A DNA stretch of 64,000 nucleotides, from positions 64,001 through 128,000 of the forward strand of contig CAWKKR010000011.1 of assembly GCA_963850305.1 (NCBI GenBank), given 5' to 3'. The DNA is from an uncultured delta proteobacterium (lineage in GTDB: Bacteria > Myxococcota_A > Polyangia > Polyangiales > Polyangiaceae). The translations under genes were made by a program, and so were the position numbers. Positions 46,938 through 57,753 of the stretch are shown in pieces (within the stretch, counting starts at the first letter, position 1; each line of letters begins with the position of its first letter). The notes below the pieces were generated by a model. That model was not told the DNA's origin. It searched no databases and saw only the letters and a program-made list of their open reading frames with translations.

Positions 46938-48140
46938 ATGGAAGCGTCCGCGTCGGCTCTCCTCGCTTCGGCGGGAGCCCACCTTTACCCGAACTATCGT
47001 CAACCTCCGCTGGTCCTCGCGCACGGGCGTGGAACGGAAGTGTGGGACCTCGACGGCAAGCGGTACCTGGATCTCGCGGCGGGCATCGCCGTCAATTCGC
47101 TCGGGCACGCGCATCCCGCGCTCGTGAAGGCGGTGTCGGAGCAAGCCGCGAAGCTCATCCACGTCTCGAATTACTTTTACAACGAACCGAACATTCGCCT
47201 CGCGGAGCGCCTCACGCGCCTCACGCGAATGGATCGCGCCTTCTTCTGCAACTCGGGGACCGAGGCGATCGAAGCGTGCCTCAAGCTCGCGCGCCGTCAC
47301 TTCTTCTCGAAAGGAGAAGAGGCGCGTCATCGCGTGATCGCGTTCGAACAATCGTTTCACGGACGCACGCTCGGCGCCCTCGCCGCGACGGGACAGAAGG
47401 CGTATCGCGACGGGTTCGGGCCGCTCGGCGGCGTGACGCACGTTCCGTTCGGCGACCTCGGCGCGGCTCGCGCGACGCTCGGCAAAGACGTGGCCGCCAT
47501 CCTCGTCGAACCGGTTCAAGGCGAGGGCGGCGTCGTACCCGCGCCGGACGGCTTCCTCGCAGGTCTGAGGAAATTGGCGGACGAGCACGGCGCTCTCCTC
47601 ATCGCGGATGAAGTGCAGACCGGCGTCGGGCGCACCGGAAAGTTTCTCGCGTTCGAGCACGCCGGTGTCGAGCCCGACGTGGTGGCGCTCGCCAAGGGCC
47701 TCGGCGGCGGTCTCCCCATCGGCGCGATGCTCTGCAAGAACGCGCTCGCGGAAGCCCTCCCGGCGGGCAGCCACGGCTCGACGTTCGGCGGCAATCCCCT
47801 CGCCTCCGCAGCGGCCCTTGCCGTCCTCGACACGCTCGAAAAAGAGGGCCTCGTCGCGGGAGCCAGGGACAAGGGACAGAAGCTTTCCGGGTTGCTCGAG
47901 GGTTTGTTGGGGACCCATCCGCGGGTCGTCGCGGGGGTTCGCGGGCTCGGCCTGTTACAGGCCCTGGTCATCCAAGACGGGGTCGACGCCCGCACGATCG
48001 CCGGAAATCTACGGGATGCGGGCGTGCTCGTGACGGTCGCGGGGGGCCACGGGCTCCGCTTCTCCCCGCCCCTGACGGTGAGCGTCGCGGAGCTCGAAGA
48101 GGGCGTCGCCATCGCGAGCCGGGTGCTCGCGGTGCTCTGA
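46938..48140 (+). CDS. argD: Acetylornithine aminotransferase
   Basis: FFCNSGTEA, SFHGRT, EPVQGEGG, DEVQTG, AKGLGGG, HGSTFGGNP; adjacent to argF. Confidence 0.95.
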   Translation: MEASASALLASAGAHLYPNYRQPPLVLAHGRGTEVWDLDGKRYLDLAAGIAVNSLGHAHPALVKAVSEQAAKLIHVSNYFYNEPNIRLAERLTRLTRMDRAFFCNSGTEAIEACLKLARRHFFSKGEEARHRVIAFEQSFHGRTLGALAATGQKAYRDGFGPLGGVTHVPFGDLGAARATLGKDVAAILVEPVQGEGGVVPAPDGFLAGLRKLADEHGALLIADEVQTGVGRTGKFLAFEHAGVEPDVVALAKGLGGGLPIGAMLCKNALAEALPAGSHGSTFGGNPLASAAALAVLDTLEKEGLVAGARDKGQKLSGLLEGLLGTHPRVVAGVRGLGLLQALVIQDGVDARTIAGNLRDAGVLVTVAGGHGLRFSPPLTVSVAELEEGVAIASRVLAVL

Positions 48141-48189
48141 CATCTCCGTGATCGACCCAGCTCAGCGCTGGGTCTAGGCTCCGAACCCC

Positions 48190-49104
48190 ATGCCTCGTCA
48201 TCTCACGAACCTGACCGACCTCGGTCCCGGTGGACTCGTGCGACTGCTCGACGCGTCGGATCGCTTCCTCGCGACGCGGGGGTCGGCATCCGCGCCGCGG
48301 CCCCTCGCGGGGAAGTCGGTCGCCCTCGTGTTCGAGAAGGCGTCGACGCGGACGCGCCTCTCGCTGGAGGTCGCCGTCTACGAGCTCGGCGGGCACCCCG
48401 TCGTGCTCTCGAGTGCCGGGTCACAGATTGGCCGCGGTGAACCGATCGCCGACACGGCGCGGGTGCTGACGCGAATGGTGCACGCCATCACGTTCCGCAC
48501 GTTCGCCGCCGGGCGGCTCGAGGAGCTCGTGAAGCACAGCACGGTGCCGGTGCTGAACGCGCTCACGGATGCGGGCCACCCGATGCAGCTCCTCGCCGAC
48601 CTGCAGACGGTCCGGCGACGTCGGAAGCAGCTGGAGGGGCTCCGGTACGCGTGGGTCGGCGACGGCAACAACATGGCAAACTCGTGGATCGAAGCCGCGG
48701 GGCTGCTCCGGCTCGAGCTCGTGCTCGCGTGTCCTGCCGGCTACGACCCGGACTCCACCCTGGTGTCTTCGGCGAATGCGCTCGGCGCCAAGGTACGCGT
48801 CGTTCGAGATCCGCGCGACGCGGTGGACGGCGCCCACGTGGTGAGCACGGACGTGTTCGCGAGCATGGGACAAGAAGTGGAGCAGCAAGAGCGAGCGGCG
48901 GCGTTCCGCGGGTTCACGGTGAACCGCGCGCTCCTGCGCGGCGCCGCGCCCGACGTCACGGTCCTCCACTGTCTGCCCGCCCATCGCGGCGAGGAGATCG
49001 AAGCCGAGGTCATCGACGCCCCGACGAGCGCCGTCTGGGACCAAGCCGAGGCGAGGTTACACACCGCGAAGGCCGCGCTCGCCTGGTCGCTCGGTGATGA
49101 CTGA
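48190..49104 (+). CDS. argF: Ornithine carbamoyltransferase
   Basis: STRTR, HPMQ, GDGNN, D..SMG, HCLP. Confidence 0.96.
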   Translation: MPRHLTNLTDLGPGGLVRLLDASDRFLATRGSASAPRPLAGKSVALVFEKASTRTRLSLEVAVYELGGHPVVLSSAGSQIGRGEPIADTARVLTRMVHAITFRTFAAGRLEELVKHSTVPVLNALTDAGHPMQLLADLQTVRRRRKQLEGLRYAWVGDGNNMANSWIEAAGLLRLELVLACPAGYDPDSTLVSSANALGAKVRVVRDPRDAVDGAHVVSTDVFASMGQEVEQQERAAAFRGFTVNRALLRGAAPDVTVLHCLPAHRGEEIEAEVIDAPTSAVWDQAEARLHTAKAALAWSLGDD

Positions 49105-51350
49105 GTCGACGCGGGCCCCCGTGTTGCCGCGCGCTGCTCGAGAGGTTGCCTGCTCCACGTGCGGGGGCCCCGTGGATCCGCTGCGGGCCGCGCGAGTGGC
49201 GGCGTTCGAGGACAAGTTTCGCTACTTCTGCAGCGCCGCGTGCCACGAACGTTACGACTCGAACGCCGGACGCACGCCGCTGCCCCTGCCGCGTCGCCCC
49301 GCGCGTCCGGTATCGCACGAAACCCCGACGGCGGAGGAGGCGGCCCGCGTATCGGCCCTCCGAACCGCTGCGGCGCTCGCAGCCGTGGCGGGCGACGGCA
49401 TCGACGAAGTCCGGAGGAGTGCGGACCCGTCCACGCCGGTCGACGAGGAGCCGCTGGAAATCGGCGGCGGGCGACGTCCCGGCGCCGATCGACGTCGGAG
49501 CGCTGCTCGTCGCCATCTCGGCGGTCTCGGGGTGCCTCGCGGCCGCGCTGGTGCTCGTCGGACCGTCGTCGATTGCGCTCACGGCGCGCCTCGTGCTCGC
49601 GCTCGTCGCGGTCGGGTCGTTCGTGGCCCACGCGTTCACCACGCCGCGCGGCGCCAGCGGGCTCCATCCCGCGCTGAGCGTCGCGGCGCCGATCGCCGCC
49701 GCCACGGTGGCGGTGCTCGCGCGCGCGCTCGAGCACCCCGACGCGAGCGAGATGATCGGCTTCGCGGGGATCCTGGTGGCTAGCCTCGCGATCATCGTCT
49801 GGCTGGTCGATCGCGCGGCCCATCCGATCGACGTCGAACGCGCGCTCGTCGGCGAGAGCCTTGCCGTCACCGGTCACCGCGTGATCGGCGACGACGTCGC
49901 GGACGCACCGGTGGACGATCTCCGGGCCGGGGAGGAGCTCGTCGTCGAAGCGGGCGAGATCGTGCCGGTCGACGCGACCGTCATCGCGGGTTCCGCCCTC
50001 GTCAACCCGTGGCTCGGCGCGCTGGCGAGGGTCCGTCGCGAAGAGGGGGATGCCGTCGTCGCGGGTGCTCGCGTCGTCGAGGGCCGGCTCCGCGCCGTGG
50101 CGGGCTGGACGGGAAACGATCGGGCGTGGATGCGGCTGACGCATGACTCGAGACGCCGCGCCGACGTGCACGCGCCGCTGTCACGGCTCGGCCAGAACCT
50201 CGCGATCCGCGGCTCGCTCGTCGCCGCGGTCGTGGCGGCCCTGGCCGGATTCTCGGCGGACAAGGACCCCCTCGTCATCGCGACGTTCGCCATCGCGGCC
50301 TTCGCCGCGCTCGCGAACGCGGCCGTGTCGCGCCTCCCTTCGCTGTATGCCGGACAGACCGTGCTCGCGGCGCTCCGCCGCGGCGTCGTCTTCCGGACCG
50401 CGGACGCGCTCGATCGCGCGGGGCGTGTTTCGACCGCCGCGTTCTGCGCGCGCGGCACGCTGCTCCTCGGCGAGCCGGAGGTCGCGAACATCGACGCCTT
50501 CGCCAGCGCCGAGCCGGAGGCGGTCCTCGCATTGATCGCGGGAACGGAGACCGGTGCGGCGCATCCGACCGCGGTGGCAATCCAGCGCGCCGCGCGCGCG
50601 CGCGGCGTGCGCCCCGACGGGGTCCGCAGCCCTGCGACGCAGCCGGGGCTCGGCGTCACCGCCGTCGCGGCCAGCGGCCAGACGCTCGTCGTCGGGAGCC
50701 GCGGGCTCATGCTGCGCGAACGGATCAGCGTCGCGCTCGCGGAATCGCGCATCACGGAGCTCGAGGCCATGGGGCGCACGGTGCTCCTCGTCGCGCTCGG
50801 AGGGAAACTCGTCGGGCTCCTCGGGCTTCAGGATGGACTCCGTCCCGGGGCGCGCGCGGCGGTGCAGCACGTGCTCAACGCCGGGCTCGAACCCGTGCTG
50901 CTCTCGGGCGACACCCGGGAGACCTGCGAAGCCCTCGGCCGAGCGGTGGACATCGATCACATTCGCCCCGAGGTGCTGCCGGCCGACCGCGGCGACGAGA
51001 TCCGGCGGCTTTCCGACGGCGGTGCCGTCGTCGCGGTCCTCGGCCGAAGCCCCACGGACGATCCCGCTCTTTCGGCAGCGGACGTGTCCGTCGCGCTAAA
51101 CTCGGCTGGTTCGAGCTCCGCCGAGTGGAGCATTCAGCTCGCCTCCGACGACGTCCGCGACGGTGCATTCGCGCTGCGACTCGCGCACGATTGTCGCAAA
51201 GACGCGACCCTGTCGTTGCTGTGGGCCGCGGGACCGAGCGTGGGGTGCGCGCTGCTCGTCGGACTGTCCATGGTCCCCGTCGTGACGCCTGCTCTTGCGG
51301 CGCTGGCGGGAAGCGCGGTTGCCGTGTCGAGGCTGCGGGCGCGGCGATGA
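49097..51350 (+). CDS. P1B-type ATPase-like protein with degenerate catalytic motifs and N-terminal YHS/TRASH-like Cys motif (about 750 aa after correcting a +1 frameshift at about 49460)
   Basis: GEIVPVD, HPTA.AI, PGLGV, D.LRP, EVLP; DKTGT replaced by CARGT; N-terminal CSTCG..YFCSAAC. Confidence 0.8.
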
Positions 51351-51505
51351 ACGGAGGCCCTTGCCCTCCACCCTCGCCCTCGCCCCTTGCCCTCCACCCT
51401 CGCCTCCGCCCCGCGAAAACACACCTCGCCTTGACCCTGGCCCCCATCGGGCGATAGCTCTTGTCAGTGTCGATCGGGGACGAGCGCGGACAGAAGACCA
51501 CCGGG

Positions 51506-51973
51506 ATGAGGCTCCCGCGGCCCGACGTCGGGCGGTTGCGGCGGAACCTCGAGACGTACATGTCGCGCAAGGGGCTCCGGTCCACCGAACAGCGGCGGCT
51601 CATCGTGGAGACTTTCTTCGAGACGCCGGAGCACGTGACGCTCGATCGGTTGCTGGAGCGAGTGCGCGAGGTGGACTCGCGCATCGGGTACGCCACCGTT
51701 TACCGGACGATGAAGATGCTGTCGGACGGCGGGGTCGCGCACGAGCAGAAATTCGGCGACGGACTGACGCGGTACGAGCTCGCGGACGGCGACGCGCACC
51801 ACGACCATCTGATCTGCATGGACTGCGGCCGCATTCAGGAGTTCGAGGAGCCGCAGATCGAGCAGCTCCAGGACCGCGTGGCGCACCGTCACGGGTTCGA
51901 GGTGCACCACCACAAGCATGAGCTTTACGGACGCTGCGGGACCTGCGCCGCGAAGCTCGGCCGGCTTCGCTGA
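51506..51973 (+). CDS. Fur-family transcriptional regulator
   Basis: GLRSTEQR, ATVYRT, HHDHLICMDCG, LYGRCGTC. Confidence 0.95.
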   Translation: MRLPRPDVGRLRRNLETYMSRKGLRSTEQRRLIVETFFETPEHVTLDRLLERVREVDSRIGYATVYRTMKMLSDGGVAHEQKFGDGLTRYELADGDAHHDHLICMDCGRIQEFEEPQIEQLQDRVAHRHGFEVHHHKHELYGRCGTCAAKLGRLR

Positions 51974-51974
51974 A

Positions 51975-52589
51975 TCACGGTAGGAGCAGGCGCGCGTCGG
52001 TGACGACGATGTCGCACGCAACGTCGCCCTCGGTCGTGGGCAACTCCGCGAGGAGCTGGAAATCGAAGGCGACCACGACGGCGCGCGCCGGCGGCCGGAA
52101 CCGCGGCAGGATCTCGTCGTAAAATCCGGAACCGTAGCCGAGGCGATGCCCGTGCTCCGACACGCCGAGGGCCGGCACGACGATGACGTCGATCTCCCCG
52201 CCATGCGCGAGAACGGCGCTCGCGCTCGGTTCGAGAAAGCCGCGGCCGGTCTCGGCGAGCTCGCCGAGAGCGCCCACCCGCGCGAACTCCGGCGTGGATT
52301 CTTCTCGACCCGGGTCCGACCGGATCAGCGGATAGAAGACGCCCGTGCCCCTGGCCCGGAGCGCGGCGTCCAGGGCCCGGAGGTCGACCTCGGCTTCCAT
52401 CGGGTGGAAGAGGGCGACGGCGTGGGCGCGGGTCACCTCCGGCAAACCGAGTAGCCGCTCGACGATCGCGTGACTCCTCACGGCGAGCGCGGCGGGGGGT
52501 ATCGCGTTCCGAAGCGCCCGCATCCGGCCACGGAGCTGCCGCTTGGCCCGGTACTTGAGCGCTTCGAGCGCTGGCCCTTCGAGATCCAT
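51975..52589 (-). CDS. 5-formyltetrahydrofolate cyclo-ligase
   Basis: KRQLR, EVD, DVIVVP, RLGYGSGFYD, D...D.VVT. Confidence 0.93.
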   Translation of the reverse strand: MDLEGPALEALKYRAKRQLRGRMRALRNAIPPAALAVRSHAIVERLLGLPEVTRAHAVALFHPMEAEVDLRALDAALRARGTGVFYPLIRSDPGREESTPEFARVGALGELAETGRGFLEPSASAVLAHGGEIDVIVVPALGVSEHGHRLGYGSGFYDEILPRFRPPARAVVVAFDFQLLAELPTTEGDVACDIVVTDARLLLP

Positions 52590-52658
52590 CGGTACGCGAG
52601 CCTACAACGGCGCGGCGCATTCTGTTGTAGAGTGAAGGACCGATTTTTCTCCGCGAAG

Positions 52659-53531
52659 ATGCAGTTCTCCTGCGACCAATGTGCGACGCGCTACTCGGTT
52701 CCCGACGAACGGGTGCGCGGCAAACGCGTGCGCACGAAGTGCCGCAAATGCGGGGGCGAGATCATCGTGGTGGGACCACCCGGCCCCCCGGCGAGCGGCG
52801 CGACGTCGATATCGATTCCGCCCGCGCCTCCGTCGGAAGTCGCGGGACCTGCACCGGGCCCACCGGAAACGACGCCCGACAGATCCGCACCAGCAAACCC
52901 TCCCCCTCCTGCTCCACCCGAGCCGCGCCCGGGTTCGTTCGACTTCGACGACGAAGCGACGGCCGTGATCGCGCCCGATCGCGCCCGGGAGCTTCTGGAA
53001 GCGGAAGCAGCGAAGAGCGAGGAGCCGCCGGAGTCCGAGGCGCCCGAGACCCCCCTCGCGTTCGGGTTCGACGATGAGTCGACGAAGGTCTTCGATTCTG
53101 CGAACGCGGAAGCCTCGATGGGCGGCGAACCTCCCGAGATCGGACCGACGCCCCCGGCGCCGGATACCCTCGAGCCTCCCGGGCCAGCGCAGTCCTCCGA
53201 CGCGACGGCAGACACGACGCCGAAGGCCGACGCAGACGCTCCGGGGCGCGAGGAGCCGAGCATCGTCGTCGCCGAAGGCGTCGGAGCGACCAAGCCGAGG
53301 CCGAAGGCGAAGGCGCCCACCCCACCGCCGGAACCGCCGAAGCTCTCGACTGCGCACGACATCATCGGTTTGCAGAACGAACCGACACGGGTGGTGCGCC
53401 TGCGAAAGCAGGGAATGGGCGGGAGTTTCTGGATCGTCCTGTTCCTCGCGCTCGCGGCGGCTGCGGCGGGCGGCTTCGTCGCTTCCCAGCTCCTGGAGCA
53501 TCCGGCGCATCGCGGGCACCCGAAGCCATGA
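52659..53531 (+). CDS. Zinc-ribbon (MJ0042-type) protein with Pro/acidic linker and C-terminal TM
   Basis: CDQC..Y.V.DE.V.GK.VR.KCRKC; single TM near the C-terminus. Confidence 0.85.
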   Translation: MQFSCDQCATRYSVPDERVRGKRVRTKCRKCGGEIIVVGPPGPPASGATSISIPPAPPSEVAGPAPGPPETTPDRSAPANPPPPAPPEPRPGSFDFDDEATAVIAPDRARELLEAEAAKSEEPPESEAPETPLAFGFDDESTKVFDSANAEASMGGEPPEIGPTPPAPDTLEPPGPAQSSDATADTTPKADADAPGREEPSIVVAEGVGATKPRPKAKAPTPPPEPPKLSTAHDIIGLQNEPTRVVRLRKQGMGGSFWIVLFLALAAAAAGGFVASQLLEHPAHRGHPKP

Positions 53532-54244
53532 GTCTCGCCGTCGCGGCGGTCGTACCGGCATTCAACGCGGCACGGACCATCGACGCGGTCGTCCGCGGGT
53601 TGCTCGCCGAAGCACCCTGGCGAGACGGGAACCCCGTCGTCGTCGTGGACGATGGCTCCACGGATGAGACCACCGAGGCGGCCAGAGCGGCGGGAGCCGT
53701 CGTCCTCGGTCACGACCGGAACCGGGGCAAGGGAGCCGCGCTTCGCACCGGATTCGAACGCGCCCTAGCACTCGGCGCGGCGGCGGTCGTCACGGTGGAC
53801 GCGGACGCACAGCACTTCCCGGTCGAAGCCGCGAAGCTTGCGCTCTCGGCGGCCCCTCGCGACGCGCTGGTGCTCGGGGTTCGCGATCTCGTGCGTGACG
53901 GCGCGCCCCGCGCGAATCGATTCTCGAACGGTGTCTCCAATTTCTTCGTCTCGCACTTCGCTGGACGGGCGCTGCGGGACACGCAATGCGGGCTCAGGCG
54001 CTATCCGCTCCCCGAGACGCTCGCCCTCGGCGCGACCGACGATGGCTACGCGTTCGAGACCGAGTGCGTGCTCCGCTTTGCACGTGCGGGCCTTGCAATC
54101 GTCGAGGTCCCGGTGCGCGTGTATTATCCCCCGGAGACGGAGCGCATCACGCACTTCCATGCCGTGAGAGACCCGGCAAGAATCGTCTACCAGGTCGTCG
54201 CGACGGTCGCGAGGACACGACGGCGCACCGTTCGAGTCCGATGA
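53528..54244 (+). CDS. Glycosyltransferase family 2 (DPM1-like)
   Basis: VPAFN, VDDGSTD, NRGKG, DADAQH, DTQCG. Confidence 0.93.
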   Translation: MSLAVAAVVPAFNAARTIDAVVRGLLAEAPWRDGNPVVVVDDGSTDETTEAARAAGAVVLGHDRNRGKGAALRTGFERALALGAAAVVTVDADAQHFPVEAAKLALSAAPRDALVLGVRDLVRDGAPRANRFSNGVSNFFVSHFAGRALRDTQCGLRRYPLPETLALGATDDGYAFETECVLRFARAGLAIVEVPVRVYYPPETERITHFHAVRDPARIVYQVVATVARTRRRTVRVR

Positions 54245-55614
54245 AACGGCGCTGCGTGGCCTCGCTCGTCCTTCTTATCCCCTGCGCGCTCTTCGCCTTT
54301 CACCAGGTGCTCCGCGCCGTCTCGCGGATTGTCCCGCCGCCGGTGGACGTTCCCCTGTTTCCGGTGTTCCACGACGGAAACGTCCGCCGCGCGGGCCCGG
54401 GTTCGGCACGGAGCGTCGGCAAGATCCTCGAGGTGCGCCTCCGCGGGACACCGGAGGCGATCGGCGCCGAGCACGCCGCGCTGCTTCACGAGGAGATGGC
54501 GGAGACCGAACGAGTCGTGTGGGACGTCTTCGCGCAGAAGGTCACGAATCCTTTCGCGCGATTCCTTCTTCTCGACGCGGGCCAGTTTGCTTACCGAAAG
54601 GTCGCGACGGGGATGTCCGATGAGTGGCGCCGCGAGCTCGCCGCGACCGCCGCGCGCTTTCGACCCGATCCGTTCGAGGATCGCTTCGAGACGTTCCAGC
54701 GATTCGTATACCTGGCGACGCTTTACGATATCTCCCTCGCGTACGAGGCGTCGCCGCTCGTCGGGTGCACGACGTTCACGGTTTCGGGGTCCGCGGCGGC
54801 ATCCTCGCCAATCCTCGCCCGGACGTTCGACATGGAAGTGAGCGACGTGTTCGACCGGAAGAAGGCCGTCTTTCTCGTCAGCGAAGACGGCCTCATCCCG
54901 TTCGCGTCCGTCGCGTGGCCCGGCCTCGTCGGCGTCGTGAGCGGGATGAACCGGGAAGGGCTCGCCGTGGTCGTGCACGGCGCGCGGGCCGGGCCGACTC
55001 ATACGGTCGGGGAACCTCTCGTCGAGGAGCTCCGGAGACTCCTCTCTCGCACGAGGACGACGGAAGAAGCCGTCGACGCCCTCCGCGAGACCAATCCGCT
55101 CGTGAGCCACATCGTGGTCGTGATGGACGCCGCCGGGCGCGCCGCGGAAGTCGAGCGAGTGCCCGGCGCGCCGCCGTTCGTACGGTTCCTCGGCGAGCGT
55201 GCCGTGGTCACGAATCACCTCGAGGGGCCGTTCGCCTCGGACCCGAAGAACGTGCGCATCCGGCAGAGCACCACGACGCTCGCACGACGCGCGCGTGGAG
55301 AAGAGCTGTTGCGAGAGCTCTCGAAGCCTGCGGACGCGGTCGATGCCGTGTCCTGGCTGCGCGATCGCCGCGCGGTGGGCGGCGCGCCGCTGGCGCTCGG
55401 AGATCGTCGGGCGATCGACGCTCTCATCGCGACGCACGCCGTCGTCATGGAAACCGCGAAGCGACGGCTCTGGGTGAGCGAGGCGCCGCACGTGCTCGGG
55501 CGGTTCGTCGCGTTCGATCTCGGGCCCCTGCTGGACCCGAACCTCTCGCCGAGCGAGGAGCCGCCGCACGAGGTGATCGCGGCGGACCCGCTGGGGAAGA
55601 GCCCTTCGCCGTGA
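54241..55614 (+). CDS. C45-family Ntn hydrolase/acyltransferase
   Basis: G|CTTF nucleophile, ARTFD, SGMNREGL, VTNH. Confidence 0.85.
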   Translation: MKRRCVASLVLLIPCALFAFHQVLRAVSRIVPPPVDVPLFPVFHDGNVRRAGPGSARSVGKILEVRLRGTPEAIGAEHAALLHEEMAETERVVWDVFAQKVTNPFARFLLLDAGQFAYRKVATGMSDEWRRELAATAARFRPDPFEDRFETFQRFVYLATLYDISLAYEASPLVGCTTFTVSGSAAASSPILARTFDMEVSDVFDRKKAVFLVSEDGLIPFASVAWPGLVGVVSGMNREGLAVVVHGARAGPTHTVGEPLVEELRRLLSRTRTTEEAVDALRETNPLVSHIVVVMDAAGRAAEVERVPGAPPFVRFLGERAVVTNHLEGPFASDPKNVRIRQSTTTLARRARGEELLRELSKPADAVDAVSWLRDRRAVGGAPLALGDRRAIDALIATHAVVMETAKRRLWVSEAPHVLGRFVAFDLGPLLDPNLSPSEEPPHEVIAADPLGKSPSP

Positions 55615-55658
55615 AGGGCGGAGGGCGCAGGGCGCTCTGCGGATCTCCATGCGTGCGC

Positions 55659-56825
55659 TCACGAACTCATACCGAACCAGGCACCGCCGCAGGCGAGGCC
55701 GAACGCGACGGGCGCAATCGCCAGCGCGAAGATGACGGCCGCCGGCGCCGTCACGGCCAGCAGCACGGTCGTCCCGGCGATCGCGACGATCGAGGCGAGC
55801 GCGGGCTCGAGCACGCCGCGGGTGCCGCTCGCGCGGGCGACGAGATACCCGGCGAGGGGGAACGCGCCGAGAACTGCCGCACCGAGGAACAGGAGGGGGC
55901 CGTTCGATCGCATGTCCGCCTCGTCCGCCGCGGAGAGGTCGATGCCGAGCCTCCGCGCGACGGCGACCGCGACGGCCATGCAGACAATCACGGCCCCGAC
56001 ATTGACGAACGCGCCGAACGCGATCCATCGGACGACGAGCGGCTGTTCGTTGCGCTTCAACGCCCGGCGAACGGCGCGAAGGGACGGCGGCTCCGGCAGG
56101 TGGAGCGGCAAGATCGAGTGACGGTCGTCCGCGAAGGGTGCGATATCGCGGAGGGCGCTCCACGCTACGAGCCCCATCGCGATGAGCATCGGCAGCGCGA
56201 TGACGAGCATGCCGGGACCGCGTCCGAACACGATGTGGTCGTAGAGCGCGTGCCCCGCGACGGCGAAGAGCCACGCAGGGCCGAACCAGCGCGCGCGGTG
56301 GTGGATGCGACGGCCGAGCGCGTACCCCCAGATGCCCGCGAAGAACGGGTGTGCGAAGATCCCCGCGAGCGCGCGCACGACCCGGACGAAGGTGAGCGGC
56401 TCGCTCACGAGATAAGCCGCCGTGTCGGAGGCCGCAAAGCCCGACGCCGCACACACGGCGAACGTCGCGATCACCCAGGGGCCGTCGGATCTCCGTGCCA
56501 TGGCCGCGGGCCAGACGACCAGCACCTTGGCCGCTTCCTCCAGCGGCGACACCATCAGGAACAGCGCGAGGAGAGCCGCCGGGCCCGTGGTGGCGCCGGT
56601 GATGGCGCCCGGTGTCGTCGTGATTTCGACGGAGAGCTCGGTGAACCCGAGGATGGCCCGCTCCGCGAAGCACGCCGCGAGTCCGGCGCACGCGCCGCCG
56701 AAGACGAGCGCCCCGGCGACGGTCCACGATACCGGCCGCTCGCGGCGAACGAATCGCACGAACCGGCCCGCGGCACCAATCGTAAGTGCGGCGAGGACGA
56801 GCGCCAGCGCGACTCTAGAGATCAT
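55659..56825 (-). CDS. PrsW-family intramembrane metalloprotease
   Basis: EEAAK, GFAASD, AH, HALYD in a polytopic membrane protein. Confidence 0.85.
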   Translation of the reverse strand: MISRVALALVLAALTIGAAGRFVRFVRRERPVSWTVAGALVFGGACAGLAACFAERAILGFTELSVEITTTPGAITGATTGPAALLALFLMVSPLEEAAKVLVVWPAAMARRSDGPWVIATFAVCAASGFAASDTAAYLVSEPLTFVRVVRALAGIFAHPFFAGIWGYALGRRIHHRARWFGPAWLFAVAGHALYDHIVFGRGPGMLVIALPMLIAMGLVAWSALRDIAPFADDRHSILPLHLPEPPSLRAVRRALKRNEQPLVVRWIAFGAFVNVGAVIVCMAVAVAVARRLGIDLSAADEADMRSNGPLLFLGAAVLGAFPLAGYLVARASGTRGVLEPALASIVAIAGTTVLLAVTAPAAVIFALAIAPVAFGLACGGAWFGMSS

Positions 56826-56849
56826 CGCCGCACTCGAGGATCGCCGGTA

Positions 56850-57641
56850 TCAAAAGTGGAGTCCGATGACCGCCGTGCCGGTGAGCGCACCGCCGACGCT
56901 CGAGCCACTGGCCTTGTAGATGTCGCCCGCGGCTGCCTGGGCCTGCTGCGGGTTGGTGCTGGCACCGGTGGAGGATACCGTTTGAAGAGCCGAGATGCTG
57001 ACGCCCGGCCGCGTGAGCTCGAGGACCTCGCCGGTGACGCTTGCGCCGATGGAGAACCAGTGCGTGATGTAAATGTCGAGACCGCCGCCGCCGCGGATGT
57101 CGTAACCGGTGACGGACACGTCGCCAGCGCTGACACCACCCAGGTTCGCGGCACTGAATGCGCCGAGCGACGCATACCCGCCGCTGACCGTGAAGTACGG
57201 CTCCACGACGCCGAGCGGAACGCGGAGACCTACCTCGCCGTCGAGCGTCCACACCTGGTAGTTGCTGAAGGAGCCGAGCCGGAACCTCGCGCCGAGCGTG
57301 ATGAACACGATGCGGATTCCGGCGCCCGCGCCGTAGAGCACGCCGGTCTGGGTCGAAGGGACCACCTTGGAGTCGAAGAGATTGCTGGTAGCCTTGAACG
57401 TCTCGAGCCCGAGGTGCTCGAAGCCGATTTCGCCGTTCAGGTAGATCCACTCGAGGCCGCTCCCGCCTTTCTTCTGGCCCTCCGAGTCGGGTTTCTGCTC
57501 CGTTTCGGTAGAACCGGGCTCTCCCTTCGCGGGCGCCGCCGGCGTGGTCGCGGGTTGCTCCTCATCGTCCCCTTGAGCAGCCGCCACCCTCTCCGTCGCG
57601 AGCCCCGACAGCAGAACGCACGTCAGAAGAGCAAACTTCAT
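56850..57641 (-). CDS. Outer-membrane beta-barrel protein
   Basis: Signal peptide, alternating strands, C-terminal 'IGLHF'. Confidence 0.75.
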   Translation of the reverse strand: MKFALLTCVLLSGLATERVAAAQGDDEEQPATTPAAPAKGEPGSTETEQKPDSEGQKKGGSGLEWIYLNGEIGFEHLGLETFKATSNLFDSKVVPSTQTGVLYGAGAGIRIVFITLGARFRLGSFSNYQVWTLDGEVGLRVPLGVVEPYFTVSGGYASLGAFSAANLGGVSAGDVSVTGYDIRGGGGLDIYITHWFSIGASVTGEVLELTRPGVSISALQTVSSTGASTNPQQAQAAAGDIYKASGSSVGGALTGTAVIGLHF

Positions 57642-57753
57642 CCGAAGCAGCGTAACACGGCGCCCCTCGCGAGCGAGCCCGCCGTGGCTCGCGGCGACTC
57701 GAGGGCGACCGAACATCCCCTCGAAACTGTCCGCGAAGCCTGCAGGTGTGGCG

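Noticed and set aside
51357..51412. C-rich repeat (ccttgccctccaccctcgcc twice) as a functional element
   Set aside because: Short low-complexity duplication with no further support
52590..52660. 6S RNA upstream of 5-formyl-THF cyclo-ligase
   Set aside because: Only about 70 bp separate it from a divergent gene, too short for 6S RNA
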